Shown here in pieces: positions 37,666-47,216 of a stretch of DNA of 64,000 bases. The notes beneath the pieces were generated by a model. That model searched no databases. It worked only from the letters and a program-made list of their open reading frames with translations, and had not been told where the DNA came from. Source of the DNA: Candidatus Poseidoniaceae archaeon (GTDB taxonomy: Archaea; Thermoplasmatota; Poseidoniia; Poseidoniales; Poseidoniaceae); the NCBI GenBank assembly GCA_016777125.1, contig JADHSC010000007.1, positions 4,323-68,322 on the forward strand, read 5' to 3'. The stretch's first letter is position 1; each line of letters begins with the position of its first letter. The translations under genes were made by a program, and so were the position numbers.

Positions 37666-39687
37666 ATGTCGATGGTCAATGTAACCCTGCCTGACGGAAC
37701 AGTCAACGAATATGCAGCAGGAATTACGGCTGGTGAAGTCGTTATTGATGCTCTAGGAAAGAAGCATGGATGCTTAGCAGCCCGTATTGACGGAGTTGAG
37801 CGTGACTTCTCTGCATCTCTTGATAGCGACTGCAACGTAGAAGGTATCCTCGCCTCCAGTGATGAAGGAATTCATATTCTTCGACACAGTGCTGCCCACT
37901 TGCTTGCTCAAGCGGTCATGGAGATCTATCCTGATGCAAAACCAACCATTGGGCCTGCAATAGATCGTGGATTCTACTATGACTTTGCAATGGAACCGAT
38001 TGCAGTAAGCGACCTTAAGGCCATTGAGAAGAAAATGCATGAACTCGCACGACGGAACATTCAGGTCGAGAGAGTTGAACTTGAAGAACAGGAACTTCGT
38101 GACCATTTCCAATCGAATGAATACAAGATTGAAATTATCGATGACAAGTTGGAAGATGGAGATGGTTCAACCATCTACAAGCAAGGTGAATGGTACGACC
38201 TGTGCCTTGGCCCCCACGTACCGAGCACTGCTAAGTTGATGTTTAGCCGACTCACATCCGTATCCTCTGCCTACTGGAGAGGCGACCAATCTCGTGAACA
38301 ACTAGTTCGAATCTATGGGATTGTTGAGCCCACAAAGGAAGCACTCAAGGCGACTCTGAATCGAATGGAACAAGCCAAACTCCGTGACCATCGTAAACTC
38401 GGAAAGGATTTGCAATTATTCCATGTCGATGAGGAAGTTGGACAAGGACTCATCCTGTGGACGCCAAGAGGAGCCGTTGTTCGTCAAGAGTTACAAGATT
38501 TCATTTCCCATCATCTTCGTCGCCAAGGCTACGATCAAGTGTTTACCCCACATATTGGAAAACTCGATTTGTATCGAACATCTGGCCATTTCCCATATTA
38601 CCAAGAAAGCCAGTATCCGCCACTCATTGAACGCGATTTGATGAAGAAATTGGCTGATGAAGGCTGTTCCTGTTCTGAATTATCGAACATGATGAACAGT
38701 GGTGATATCGACGGATATATGCTCAAACCAATGAACTGTCCTCATCACGTCAAAATCTATGCTTCACAAGCACGTTCATATCGTGATTTACCTTTGAGGC
38801 TCGCTGAATTCGGTACGGTCTATCGATGGGAACAATCCGGTGAGATTTCGGGTATGACTCGTGTTCGAGGATTCACTCAAGATGACGCTCACCTGTTCGT
38901 TACTGAAGACCAAATTGGGGCTGAAGTCATGGGTTGTATTGAATTGGTTCAGACTATTTTTGATGTCCTTGGAATGCATGATTATCGCGTCCGTGTCGGT
39001 CTACGAGACCCGGATTCTGACAAATACGTCGGTGATTCTGAGCGCTGGGATCGAGCGGAAGAAGCATGTCGTGCTGCAGCTGCTAAACTTGGTGTAAATT
39101 GGTCAGAAGAAGAAGGAGAAGCCGCTTTCTACGGTCCTAAAATTGACTTTGTCGTTAAGGACGTTATCGGTCGTGAATGGCAACTTGGAACTGTTCAAGT
39201 TGATTATAATCTTCCAGAACGATTTGACCTTTGGTACAAAGGAAATGATGGGGAAAACCATCGCCCAGTTATGATTCATCGCGCACCATTTGGTTCCATG
39301 GAGCGATTTTGTGGAGTCCTTATCGAACATTTCGCTGGTAAGTTCCCTACATGGCTTTCTCCAACACAAATTCACATTCTTACCATTTCGGAGAAGCACA
39401 AGCAGTATGCCGCAGAGGTTGCTGAAAAGTTACGGGACCAAAATGTTCGTGTGAAAATCGATGATGGTGATGATACCATCGGAAAGAAGATTCGAACACA
39501 TCGCAAGATGCGTCCTGCGTACATGATGATTCTTGGTGATGGTGAAATGAATAACAATTGTGTCTCATTACGCTCAAGAACGGGATCACAAATTTCTGAC
39601 GTTCCACTCGATAAGTTCGTTGATGATATTGTAAAAGAGATTAGCGAAAAGGTTTCACAACCAAGTCTGGTTCCTGATTCTGAGTGA
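37666..39687 (+). CDS. thrS: Threonyl-tRNA synthetase, bacterial type
   Basis: TGS domain (LPDG), HSAAHLLAQA, GFYYD, DLC.GPH, RDHRKLG, KPMNCPHH, TRVRGFTQDDAH, AFYGPKID, HRAPFGS.ERF. Confidence 0.97.
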   Translation: MSMVNVTLPDGTVNEYAAGITAGEVVIDALGKKHGCLAARIDGVERDFSASLDSDCNVEGILASSDEGIHILRHSAAHLLAQAVMEIYPDAKPTIGPAIDRGFYYDFAMEPIAVSDLKAIEKKMHELARRNIQVERVELEEQELRDHFQSNEYKIEIIDDKLEDGDGSTIYKQGEWYDLCLGPHVPSTAKLMFSRLTSVSSAYWRGDQSREQLVRIYGIVEPTKEALKATLNRMEQAKLRDHRKLGKDLQLFHVDEEVGQGLILWTPRGAVVRQELQDFISHHLRRQGYDQVFTPHIGKLDLYRTSGHFPYYQESQYPPLIERDLMKKLADEGCSCSELSNMMNSGDIDGYMLKPMNCPHHVKIYASQARSYRDLPLRLAEFGTVYRWEQSGEISGMTRVRGFTQDDAHLFVTEDQIGAEVMGCIELVQTIFDVLGMHDYRVRVGLRDPDSDKYVGDSERWDRAEEACRAAAAKLGVNWSEEEGEAAFYGPKIDFVVKDVIGREWQLGTVQVDYNLPERFDLWYKGNDGENHRPVMIHRAPFGSMERFCGVLIEHFAGKFPTWLSPTQIHILTISEKHKQYAAEVAEKLRDQNVRVKIDDGDDTIGKKIRTHRKMRPAYMMILGDGEMNNNCVSLRSRTGSQISDVPLDKFVDDIVKEISEKVSQPSLVPDSE

Positions 39688-39752
39688 AAAATCAGTCTCT
39701 GGATACTGCTTTTATTCGCATTCAATTAAAAGCAAAATGTGTTAGGAGAATC

Positions 39753-42314
39753 ATGCCGGCTCCATCTATCATCGGCGGTTTTTCCGTCGTTGCGATTGTG
39801 CCGCTGATTCTAGCAGCAGCAATCGCACTGCTGTTTTGGAGAACGGTTGTCCCTCGTCAATTACGAGGTTTACAAGTTGCTTTTGAAACGGGACCGAAGC
39901 GGTATGAAGTCCATACGATCACTTCCACATTTGGAGAGGCTCGAGACCTTCTGCAAAGCAGAGGGATGCGTTTTGGTGTTGCAACATATCTTTTTGCACT
40001 AACTGGAGCCCTTTTGCTCTTTTTTGAATATCTCATCACTTCACAAGGTTGGAGTGAGGGATACCATGCCCCGAATATCGCTCTTGCTTTGATTCTCATT
40101 GTTTGGCCAGCAATCATCTCTTCTGGCTCTTCTTTGGGAGCACAAATCATCAAGCCGGTTGGTCATGGGCGTGCTCGATTACAAGAAGCGAGTCGTGCTC
40201 GTTCGTATGCCTACGTGGCATTGACTGTCTTTTGGTTCTGTGGCGTAGCTATCTTGTATACGATTCTTGATGCCAGAGGTGTCTCCTCTGATCGTAAACT
40301 GAGTGTGTGCCTACTCCTCGCGTTCTCACCATCCATCATCGCCTATGGACGTGTTTTGGGTACATCCTGGCAAGCATTGCGTCAGTCATCATCTCAGATT
40401 GCGAAAGGAAGAGCCTCACCATTCCACAATCATATTCCGAATGCTCGACAGCAAGTGATTGCACGAATTGTTCATATCAACACAATAGCAATGCCTATTG
40501 TTGCGATCAATACATTGATTTCTCTTGTTGCAATTTTTGTCTCTCCTGAACTATTTACACACTCAGAACGTGTACTTGAACTTCCAGAATATCGGGAACA
40601 GGCCACGATTATGGAAGAAGGCGGCGTGCTTGGTTTCTTCCTTATCGAGTTGTTTTCCAATATTTCAGAACCTGGTCTTCGAGTCCCTCTGGTTTCAGCG
40701 ATTCTGTTATTCCTTCTTCTCAACGTTGCCCTCGTTGGCTTCCTGTTCGTTTATGAAGTAGCACGTATTCTTTTCTTGGATGTTCAAGATGTTTCTGGAA
40801 GAGGTGGCATTCGACTTGCAGACAGCCGATTGCTTCGAGCAGAACGAAGTCAACAAGCAAAAGTCCTGAACTTTTGTTTCACTGGATTCGCTGGCCAATC
40901 CATGCTCTTGTTAGCACTAGCGATGATCACATTCTGGGATTCGAGTTTCCTATCTCAAGGAGATCAATGTGGAGCATGGGAGGACACGTTATGCGCAGTT
41001 GTTACCAAAGATGCCATGGAAGAATTGACCTGGATGCTTGCTGCTGGCGGACAAGTCGGATTCCTCTTCATTTGGCTAACATCCTTACAAGTCGGTTCAA
41101 AGCTCGACGATATTTCCTTTGACGCTTCAATCAGTGAACAAAGAGATATGCTCACGCAGATGGAAGATGTCATTTATCTCAAGCAAAAGCCATTCACTGA
41201 ATTAGTAGCAAAGGATTCTTGGACACGAGCAATCGAGCAATTCGATGATATTCTCAACACGAGTGAAGATTCGATGCAAGGTCTTGATCTGTTGAGAGAA
41301 ACCGGAGCAAGGATGCAACTCTTTGCTGGATTAAATCGATGGGAAGAGGCTGAAGAATACGCAGTCTCTATGCTTGCTCTTCAAGGAGGTCGTGAAGCCC
41401 AAGTTGCCCGTTTGGTATTGGCTGCTGCAAGCATAACCCAGCGAGATCTACCTGAGGCAGCCCCTCGACTGTCCCTCCTCAACAAGAGTGATGTTGAAGC
41501 TGCTCGCTTGCACTGGTTTGCTGCTGTCCTTAATCGAAAGAGAGAGGTCCCTGTAACGTCCCAACCTATTCTGAGTATTGATCCGTTAATGAGACGAAAC
41601 ATCGATTTGTTACGACGTACATCTGTCGGTGAGCCTCGTCCTGCAAAGGCAACTAAGAATTCACCTCCTTACAGAATGATGTTGCTCGGTGACTGTGCAA
41701 GAATGCGTTTAGCAGGTCGTCATGAAGAAGCGATTACAATGCTGGAAGATTTCATGAAGAAATTTGAGAATCATTCAGACTACCCTACTTCATCTTGGTC
41801 TCAAGGGAAGGTGGTTCTTGCACTGATGCACTTGGATTCGAGCCGCCCAAACACTGCTGTTCGTATTGCTCGCGAATTACGTACTACTGAACCTCGGCAT
41901 CCGCATGTTCGTTCTCTGGTCAGAATCCTTCACGAGTTAGGACATATGGATGCAATGGGAAGTGAATCAACTGGTATTACGATGCTGATTGATTCAGGAG
42001 AAGACTGGGTGAAAGATTGGCCACTCGTCCACACTGTTCAAGTCTCACCGAGATTGAGTAGTTCTCGCTCTCTCAAGCATGCTGCAATGGCGAACGTTTG
42101 GATTACACACTCACCCGACCAATCCGTGGCTAAATATTACAACAAGCGATCTGCTTGGAAGCGAATTCCATACAATTCGAATGAGAAGGAAACACCTACA
42201 GGATTGTATCTCCATCTCTATGGAATCATTGCAACAATCGGAGGAATGCCGGTTGATCTTGGTCTTCCAGCAGGACTTGATATTGAAGCCCTTGAGAATA
42301 GAGGCCTTCTTTGA
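39753..42314 (+). CDS. Large polytopic membrane protein with a C-terminal TPR-like helical domain, function unknown
   Basis: About 9-11 TMs then about 400 aa of helical repeats (RWEEAE, RHEEAI..LE, AVRIARELR..EP.HP); SD AGGAGA before the ATG at 39753. Confidence 0.75.
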   Translation: MPAPSIIGGFSVVAIVPLILAAAIALLFWRTVVPRQLRGLQVAFETGPKRYEVHTITSTFGEARDLLQSRGMRFGVATYLFALTGALLLFFEYLITSQGWSEGYHAPNIALALILIVWPAIISSGSSLGAQIIKPVGHGRARLQEASRARSYAYVALTVFWFCGVAILYTILDARGVSSDRKLSVCLLLAFSPSIIAYGRVLGTSWQALRQSSSQIAKGRASPFHNHIPNARQQVIARIVHINTIAMPIVAINTLISLVAIFVSPELFTHSERVLELPEYREQATIMEEGGVLGFFLIELFSNISEPGLRVPLVSAILLFLLLNVALVGFLFVYEVARILFLDVQDVSGRGGIRLADSRLLRAERSQQAKVLNFCFTGFAGQSMLLLALAMITFWDSSFLSQGDQCGAWEDTLCAVVTKDAMEELTWMLAAGGQVGFLFIWLTSLQVGSKLDDISFDASISEQRDMLTQMEDVIYLKQKPFTELVAKDSWTRAIEQFDDILNTSEDSMQGLDLLRETGARMQLFAGLNRWEEAEEYAVSMLALQGGREAQVARLVLAAASITQRDLPEAAPRLSLLNKSDVEAARLHWFAAVLNRKREVPVTSQPILSIDPLMRRNIDLLRRTSVGEPRPAKATKNSPPYRMMLLGDCARMRLAGRHEEAITMLEDFMKKFENHSDYPTSSWSQGKVVLALMHLDSSRPNTAVRIARELRTTEPRHPHVRSLVRILHELGHMDAMGSESTGITMLIDSGEDWVKDWPLVHTVQVSPRLSSSRSLKHAAMANVWITHSPDQSVAKYYNKRSAWKRIPYNSNEKETPTGLYLHLYGIIATIGGMPVDLGLPAGLDIEALENRGLL

Positions 42315-44105
42315 TTAGACACGTCTTCGAAGACGTTCCATCGCTGCATCTGCCTGACCAAGTTGTTCCAATGCATCCGCAACTTGTCCTTCTTCGAGAC
42401 GATCTGCAGCGAGGGCAATCGCTGCATCTGTATTCTTCATGTCCTCATCGGTTGCAGGAAGGTTCGATGCTTCGCATTGATTGCGAAGTACTGCCCATTC
42501 TTCGCGAACGAATGTGAGTAATGTGTTTGCTTCATCTTGTTCATTTCCGAGAGCATCCAGGTCGATTGTTAAACGTTCAAGCAGCGTTGCTGCATGACTC
42601 CATTGACGCTCATCTGCTGCTTTCTGAACAGATGTGAAACGAAGCATCCAGGTATCAGAATCTGAGAAACCTTCGAAACGGGCGAGGAGTTTCTTTCGCT
42701 GACGCAAAGCACGACGGACACTGTCCATTGCTTCTCGTTCAATATTAATGACTCGCATGATACCTTCTCCAAGACCAATGGCTTGTCCAGTATCACCTGC
42801 TTCAAGTGCGGATTCTGCTTGATCCATGCGATGCTCGAGATCTGTCAGATCGAATCCTTCTGCTGCTTTTAGGGCCTTAGCAGCATCTTTCAAGACAACT
42901 TCTGCACGTTCTTTAGCATCACCATCTGCTTGAAGTTGAATCGGTATGACGACAGCGAGTTCGAATGCCTTCTTCGGAGCCTCTCGTTCAAGTTGCTTAC
43001 GAGCATCTCGAATGATTCCTCTCATAGTGTCAATAGCAGCACCGGACTGGCCTGTCAGTAATTCATTTGCATGATTGATAGCCCCTTCTGCTTGAGCCCA
43101 CCAGGTGACGATTTCTTGGGCCCGAATCTTTGCTTGACGGTACAAGGCCTCTGCTTCTCGTAACGAACCAAGCGAGGCTTCTCTTTGACCCATTTCGTAG
43201 GATTTACGTGGGCGCTTAGCAAGTGGTGTGAGGTCTTCAGCATGTTCGATAACCGCTAGAGCCTCTGTGCGAACAACATCGACGTCACCTGCAAGAGAAA
43301 GCGAACGGTCAATGTCTTCATCTGCTTCAGCGAGAAGGCGCATTCCGAAAGCGGGATCAATATGCCCTTCTTCTTTAGCCGTCGTCACCAAACTGCTTGC
43401 TTGGTCCACTGCTGCTCCTTCTGAGCGGAGAATAAGAATTCGATTTTCAAGTCGATCAAGTTCTGTTCTGAAGGCTTTTCTTTCATGACGCAAATTATCT
43501 CCAGCAATCCAGAGATAAGCGACCTGAAGAAGAACAACTGCTGTTAGCAAAGGATGCAGCCAGTCGCTTGGAGATTGAATCCATGTTTCTTCTGCTCGAT
43601 CTCCAACAAGAACACCGAGGACTGTAAGACCGCCAAGTGCAGTCATCATCGCTCGGAATCGCATAACATCGATTCCACCACGAAGTGTCTTAGCAGAACT
43701 TTTCAACATTGCAAAACCAAGACCAAGTAAGAGAATACACGCGAGGATTTCGCTTGGTTCCGTCCCATAGGAGCGTATTGCAAACATCATCAAGAGGGGC
43801 CAAAACATACTGGATGCTGCACCTACACGTGTTCTTGCCTTTGGATCATCGAGAATTAAATCCTGGAGAACAATCCCCCAGAGGATGACAAGTATCGGCA
43901 TTCCCAATCCTGAGAGAAGTTCGGCGTCTCCCGAGAAGGCCTCCTTTAGCGTCGGCCAAGCTAGCCATACGGCTCCAGAGAGACACATTAAGGCACAAAT
44001 CGTACTCAGGCGCTCGATTCGCTGGATACGAAGGAGACGTTCAGCCTTGATAGCTTCCTCAACATCTCCCCAGAGCATAAGTTGACGGACGGGTGTTTTC
44101 GTCAT
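42315..44105 (-). CDS. Membrane protein (about 6 TMs) with a long Ala/Glu-rich helical-repeat C-terminus
   Basis: Hydrophobic N-terminal third, then about 390 aa of helical repeats; start MTKTPV. Confidence 0.75.
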   Translation of the reverse strand: MTKTPVRQLMLWGDVEEAIKAERLLRIQRIERLSTICALMCLSGAVWLAWPTLKEAFSGDAELLSGLGMPILVILWGIVLQDLILDDPKARTRVGAASSMFWPLLMMFAIRSYGTEPSEILACILLLGLGFAMLKSSAKTLRGGIDVMRFRAMMTALGGLTVLGVLVGDRAEETWIQSPSDWLHPLLTAVVLLQVAYLWIAGDNLRHERKAFRTELDRLENRILILRSEGAAVDQASSLVTTAKEEGHIDPAFGMRLLAEADEDIDRSLSLAGDVDVVRTEALAVIEHAEDLTPLAKRPRKSYEMGQREASLGSLREAEALYRQAKIRAQEIVTWWAQAEGAINHANELLTGQSGAAIDTMRGIIRDARKQLEREAPKKAFELAVVIPIQLQADGDAKERAEVVLKDAAKALKAAEGFDLTDLEHRMDQAESALEAGDTGQAIGLGEGIMRVINIEREAMDSVRRALRQRKKLLARFEGFSDSDTWMLRFTSVQKAADERQWSHAATLLERLTIDLDALGNEQDEANTLLTFVREEWAVLRNQCEASNLPATDEDMKNTDAAIALAADRLEEGQVADALEQLGQADAAMERLRRRV

Positions 44106-44185
44106 GAAACCACCGACGATTTGCATCCAAATCTGCAACAATGTTCATGGGTATGCTTGGATGGTTGCGTAGAAGGGGACTTGAA

Positions 44186-45130
44186 ATGAAAGGGCTCATC
44201 ACGATGGACGATTTAACCAATGAAGACATTCTCAGCATCCTAGATGATGCTGCACGTTTGCTTCCAGTTGCACGAGGGAAGACGTATCTCCCTCTCCTTG
44301 AAGGCAAGATTCTAGGAAACCTATTCTTCGAACCAAGTACACGCACACGAATGTCATTCGAGACTGCAATGAAGCGATTGGGCGGTGATGTGGTTAACTT
44401 AGGCGATGTAAAAACGTCCTCTGTGGTAAAGGGTGAAACACTGTTTGACACCATTCAGATGGTTGATGGCTACACGGACATAATTGCAATGCGCCATCCC
44501 AGACAGGGTGCTGCACGATACGCTCAGGATGCTGCACGCGTACCAATTCTAAACGGTGGAGATGGTGCTGGACACCACCCTACACAAACCATGCTCGATC
44601 TGTTCACAATTTTGCAATCCCATGGTACTCTCGAGGGATTAACAGTTGTCCTTGCGGGAGATCTACGGTACGGCCGAACCGTCCACAGCCTATCTCATGC
44701 ATTGGTTCGATTTGGTTGCAAACTCATTCTCTCCTCTCCTGAACTCCTACGTATGCCGACTGAAATTATCGCGGACTTACGGGAACATGGTGCTGATGTT
44801 ATCGAGACAGAAGACCTACTTGGCAACATAAATGATGCAGATGTGGTGTACATGACACGGATTCAGAAAGAACGCTTTGCAGATGAAGATGAATACACAA
44901 AGGTTGCAGGAGCGTACAAACTTCATGACAGAGATGTTGCAAATGTCAAAGCTGAGATGATTATCATGCATCCACTTCCACGTGTTGATGAGATTCATCC
45001 AAGCGTTGATTCGACTCGACACGCACGGTATTTCGAACAAGCCTTCAACGGTGTTGTTGCTCGAATGGCTCTTCTTTGCAGATTGTTGAACATCGAAGTT
45101 CCTGCTGAAATTCATGGAGGTGAGGCTTGA
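44186..45130 (+). CDS. pyrB: Aspartate carbamoyltransferase catalytic subunit
   Basis: FFEPSTRTRMSFE, KGETL.DT, MRHP, NGGDG..HHPTQ, GDLRYGRTVHSL, YMTRIQKERF, MHPLPR. Confidence 0.97.
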   Translation: MKGLITMDDLTNEDILSILDDAARLLPVARGKTYLPLLEGKILGNLFFEPSTRTRMSFETAMKRLGGDVVNLGDVKTSSVVKGETLFDTIQMVDGYTDIIAMRHPRQGAARYAQDAARVPILNGGDGAGHHPTQTMLDLFTILQSHGTLEGLTVVLAGDLRYGRTVHSLSHALVRFGCKLILSSPELLRMPTEIIADLREHGADVIETEDLLGNINDADVVYMTRIQKERFADEDEYTKVAGAYKLHDRDVANVKAEMIIMHPLPRVDEIHPSVDSTRHARYFEQAFNGVVARMALLCRLLNIEVPAEIHGGEA

Positions 45131-45606
45131 TGGCTGACGAACATAACATGAGAAGAGTCACTGCAATTCGAAATGGAACTGTTATTGATCACATTCCATC
45201 AGGACAGTCACTGAAAGTTCTCGAACTCCTTAACATCGCTCGAGATACCTCTGTCCCTGTATCCTTAGTCATGAACGTCCCTTCAAAGAAGATGGGTTCG
45301 AAGGACATCGTCAAAGTCGAAGATCGTGAATTGACGCAGACTGAATTAGATCGACTCGCCCTTGTAGCACCTGATTCGAGTATTGCGATTATTCGCGCAT
45401 ATACTGTTGCAGAGAAACTTGAAGTTAATCTTGGAAAAGAAGTACGCAATGTTGTCCAATGCACATTCTCGAACTGTATTACACAGAACCTACGCGAACC
45501 ACTTCCACATCGACTACGAGTTACTAGCACCGATCCTCTGACACTTCGTTGCCATTATTGCCAACGACCACAGGACTTGGACGAATTGATTCACAATTTA
45601 CTCTAA
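45127..45606 (+). CDS. pyrI: Aspartate carbamoyltransferase regulatory subunit
   Basis: I.NGTVIDHI, NVPSKKMG.KDIVK.E, Zn ligands CTFSNCIT and CHYC. Confidence 0.95.
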   Translation: MMADEHNMRRVTAIRNGTVIDHIPSGQSLKVLELLNIARDTSVPVSLVMNVPSKKMGSKDIVKVEDRELTQTELDRLALVAPDSSIAIIRAYTVAEKLEVNLGKEVRNVVQCTFSNCITQNLREPLPHRLRVTSTDPLTLRCHYCQRPQDLDELIHNLL

Positions 45607-46617
45607 ATCTACATCGAGTAAATCTCGCATATCGCATGCTTTGCATGTTGCACCAGATGTAGGAGAACCGCAGCGCTGACACTTCATTGGATGTGATCGA
45701 ACTGGAGAAGGTTCTTGCTTTGCCACCATCTTAATCTGGTCAGCCATTCGTACAAGACTATGACGAGTACCTGGTACATCTTGCTCCATTTGCGCAACAA
45801 GATCTCTGTACCTCCATCGAAGAGCACCTTGAGCGTAAGGGCATTCTTCATGATGCATTGGAAGTTCCTTATGCATTGCAAGGAGGTGAATCTCTTGCTC
45901 TGGAATCCAACGGAGTGGAACGATTCTCGGAGGCAATCCGTCAACTGGTGAATCTGTATGAGGAGCGAGTCGAAGTGTTCTGTCGATGTCTCCATTCGCC
46001 ATATTCATCAACACTGTTTGAGCCATATCGTCGAGATTATGTCCAAGAGCCATGACATCTGCGTTGACTTGTGCAGCAAGTGCGTTAATTCCTTGCCTTC
46101 GAAACACGCCGCAGTATGAGCATGGCATTGTTGAAGCCCCTGTATTCTTCTCAGTAACCATAGGCAATCGGCGAACAACTTCGTCCATTTGATGGAATTC
46201 AAGAGATTCGTATGATGTGGTGATGAATTCAACCCCAAGGTCTTCACAAAGATCGATTGCACATTGCATCGATGGAGGGCGGTACCCTTCGATTCCTTCA
46301 TCCACACAACCTGCAACAATTCTGACATCTCGACGCTTACCAACAAGATCGACGATCATTGTGAGCAGTACAGCAGAGTCTTTACCGCCGGATATAGCTA
46401 CGAATATGGTCGTATCTTTTGATTTATCAAGAATAAGTTGCTTACGTAGTTCTCTTCCAACCTTTTTGCGAATTGATTGTTCGAGATGATTCCCACATAG
46501 AACACGTCCAGAGTAGGCTTGCTCTACAACAGCATCTTTTCCACAGACATCACAGACAGGAGCCTGAAAAAGTGTCTGCGTGGGTTCCGCCATGGCAATT
46601 GGTCTCAATTCCACCAT
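45598..46617 (-). CDS. ncsA: tRNA 2-thiolation protein NcsA/TtuA (TIGR00269-like)
   Basis: N-terminal CxxC...C..H, PP-loop SGGKDS, CSYCGVFRR, GHNLDD, CPYA, C-terminal CxxC..CxxC. Start may be 46593. Confidence 0.88.
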   Translation of the reverse strand: MVELRPIAMAEPTQTLFQAPVCDVCGKDAVVEQAYSGRVLCGNHLEQSIRKKVGRELRKQLILDKSKDTTIFVAISGGKDSAVLLTMIVDLVGKRRDVRIVAGCVDEGIEGYRPPSMQCAIDLCEDLGVEFITTSYESLEFHQMDEVVRRLPMVTEKNTGASTMPCSYCGVFRRQGINALAAQVNADVMALGHNLDDMAQTVLMNMANGDIDRTLRLAPHTDSPVDGLPPRIVPLRWIPEQEIHLLAMHKELPMHHEECPYAQGALRWRYRDLVAQMEQDVPGTRHSLVRMADQIKMVAKQEPSPVRSHPMKCQRCGSPTSGATCKACDMRDLLDVDLE

Positions 46618-46648
46618 TAAACGCCTCCGCTTGACATCTTTTTACAAA

Positions 46649-46684
46649 TCAAAAATCCAATTGGAAATTCAAAAATCCAATTGG
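46649..46684. repeat. Two exact 16-bp direct repeats TCAAAAATCCAATTGG (period 20 bp), each containing the palindrome CCAATTGG
   Basis: Copies at 46649-46664 and 46669-46684, plus a degenerate third copy (TCAAAAAAAAT) at about 46691, in the AT-rich divergent ncsA/Roadblock intergenic region. Confidence 0.85.
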
Positions 46685-46874
46685 TTAATTTCAAAAAAAA
46701 TAGTGAAACAGGGCTTGGCAAAGCGCGGTAAAACAAGCCTTGAATGTTATCCGCGCCCGCTCAAATCTCAAAATGCAGTTGGGATTTTCAAACAGGTCGA
46801 CAAATCCCCCTACGGGGGAATAGTTTCGGGAAAGTTCTTGAATGGTACGCTGTTGTGAAGGGGTTTGAGCAACC

Positions 46875-47216
46875 ATGCTGGACAGTGTTTTTTCTGGTCT
46901 TTGTGAAATCAAAGATGCGCGTCATGTTCGGCTTTTCGACCAGTTCGGAAATGAACTTGCTACGACGAAGCGATGGCCCGAATCTCTTCAAGAACAGCGT
47001 GCTGAGTTGGCTCAGTGTGCTTCAGTTGCCACTTCTTTGGGACTTGGAGAACTTCATGAAGTATGGATCGAATCAAGACGACTTACCGTCATTGACCAGA
47101 TTGATACTGGCGTATTTGCTGCCCTTTCAGGCAAAAACGGTACCAAAGGTATCTGGCGTTATCAACTAGCACGTCAACGACAGCGAATAAACGCAACAAA
47201 AACACAGGTGATTTGA
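46875..47216 (+). CDS. Roadblock/LC7 (MglB-like) small protein
   Basis: 113 aa with helix - beta hairpin (VRLFDQFG) - helix ending SLGLGEL - three strands - helix (GIWRYQL), the Roadblock topology. Confidence 0.6.
   Translation: MLDSVFSGLCEIKDARHVRLFDQFGNELATTKRWPESLQEQRAELAQCASVATSLGLGELHEVWIESRRLTVIDQIDTGVFAALSGKNGTKGIWRYQLARQRQRINATKTQVI

Noticed and set aside
46649-46700. CRISPR array
   Set aside because: Only two 16-bp units separated by 4 bp; no spacers and no cas genes
46620-46874. Replication origin
   Set aside because: No cdc6/orc1 nearby and only a weak single ORB-like match (AGTGAAACAGGG); kept only as an alternative
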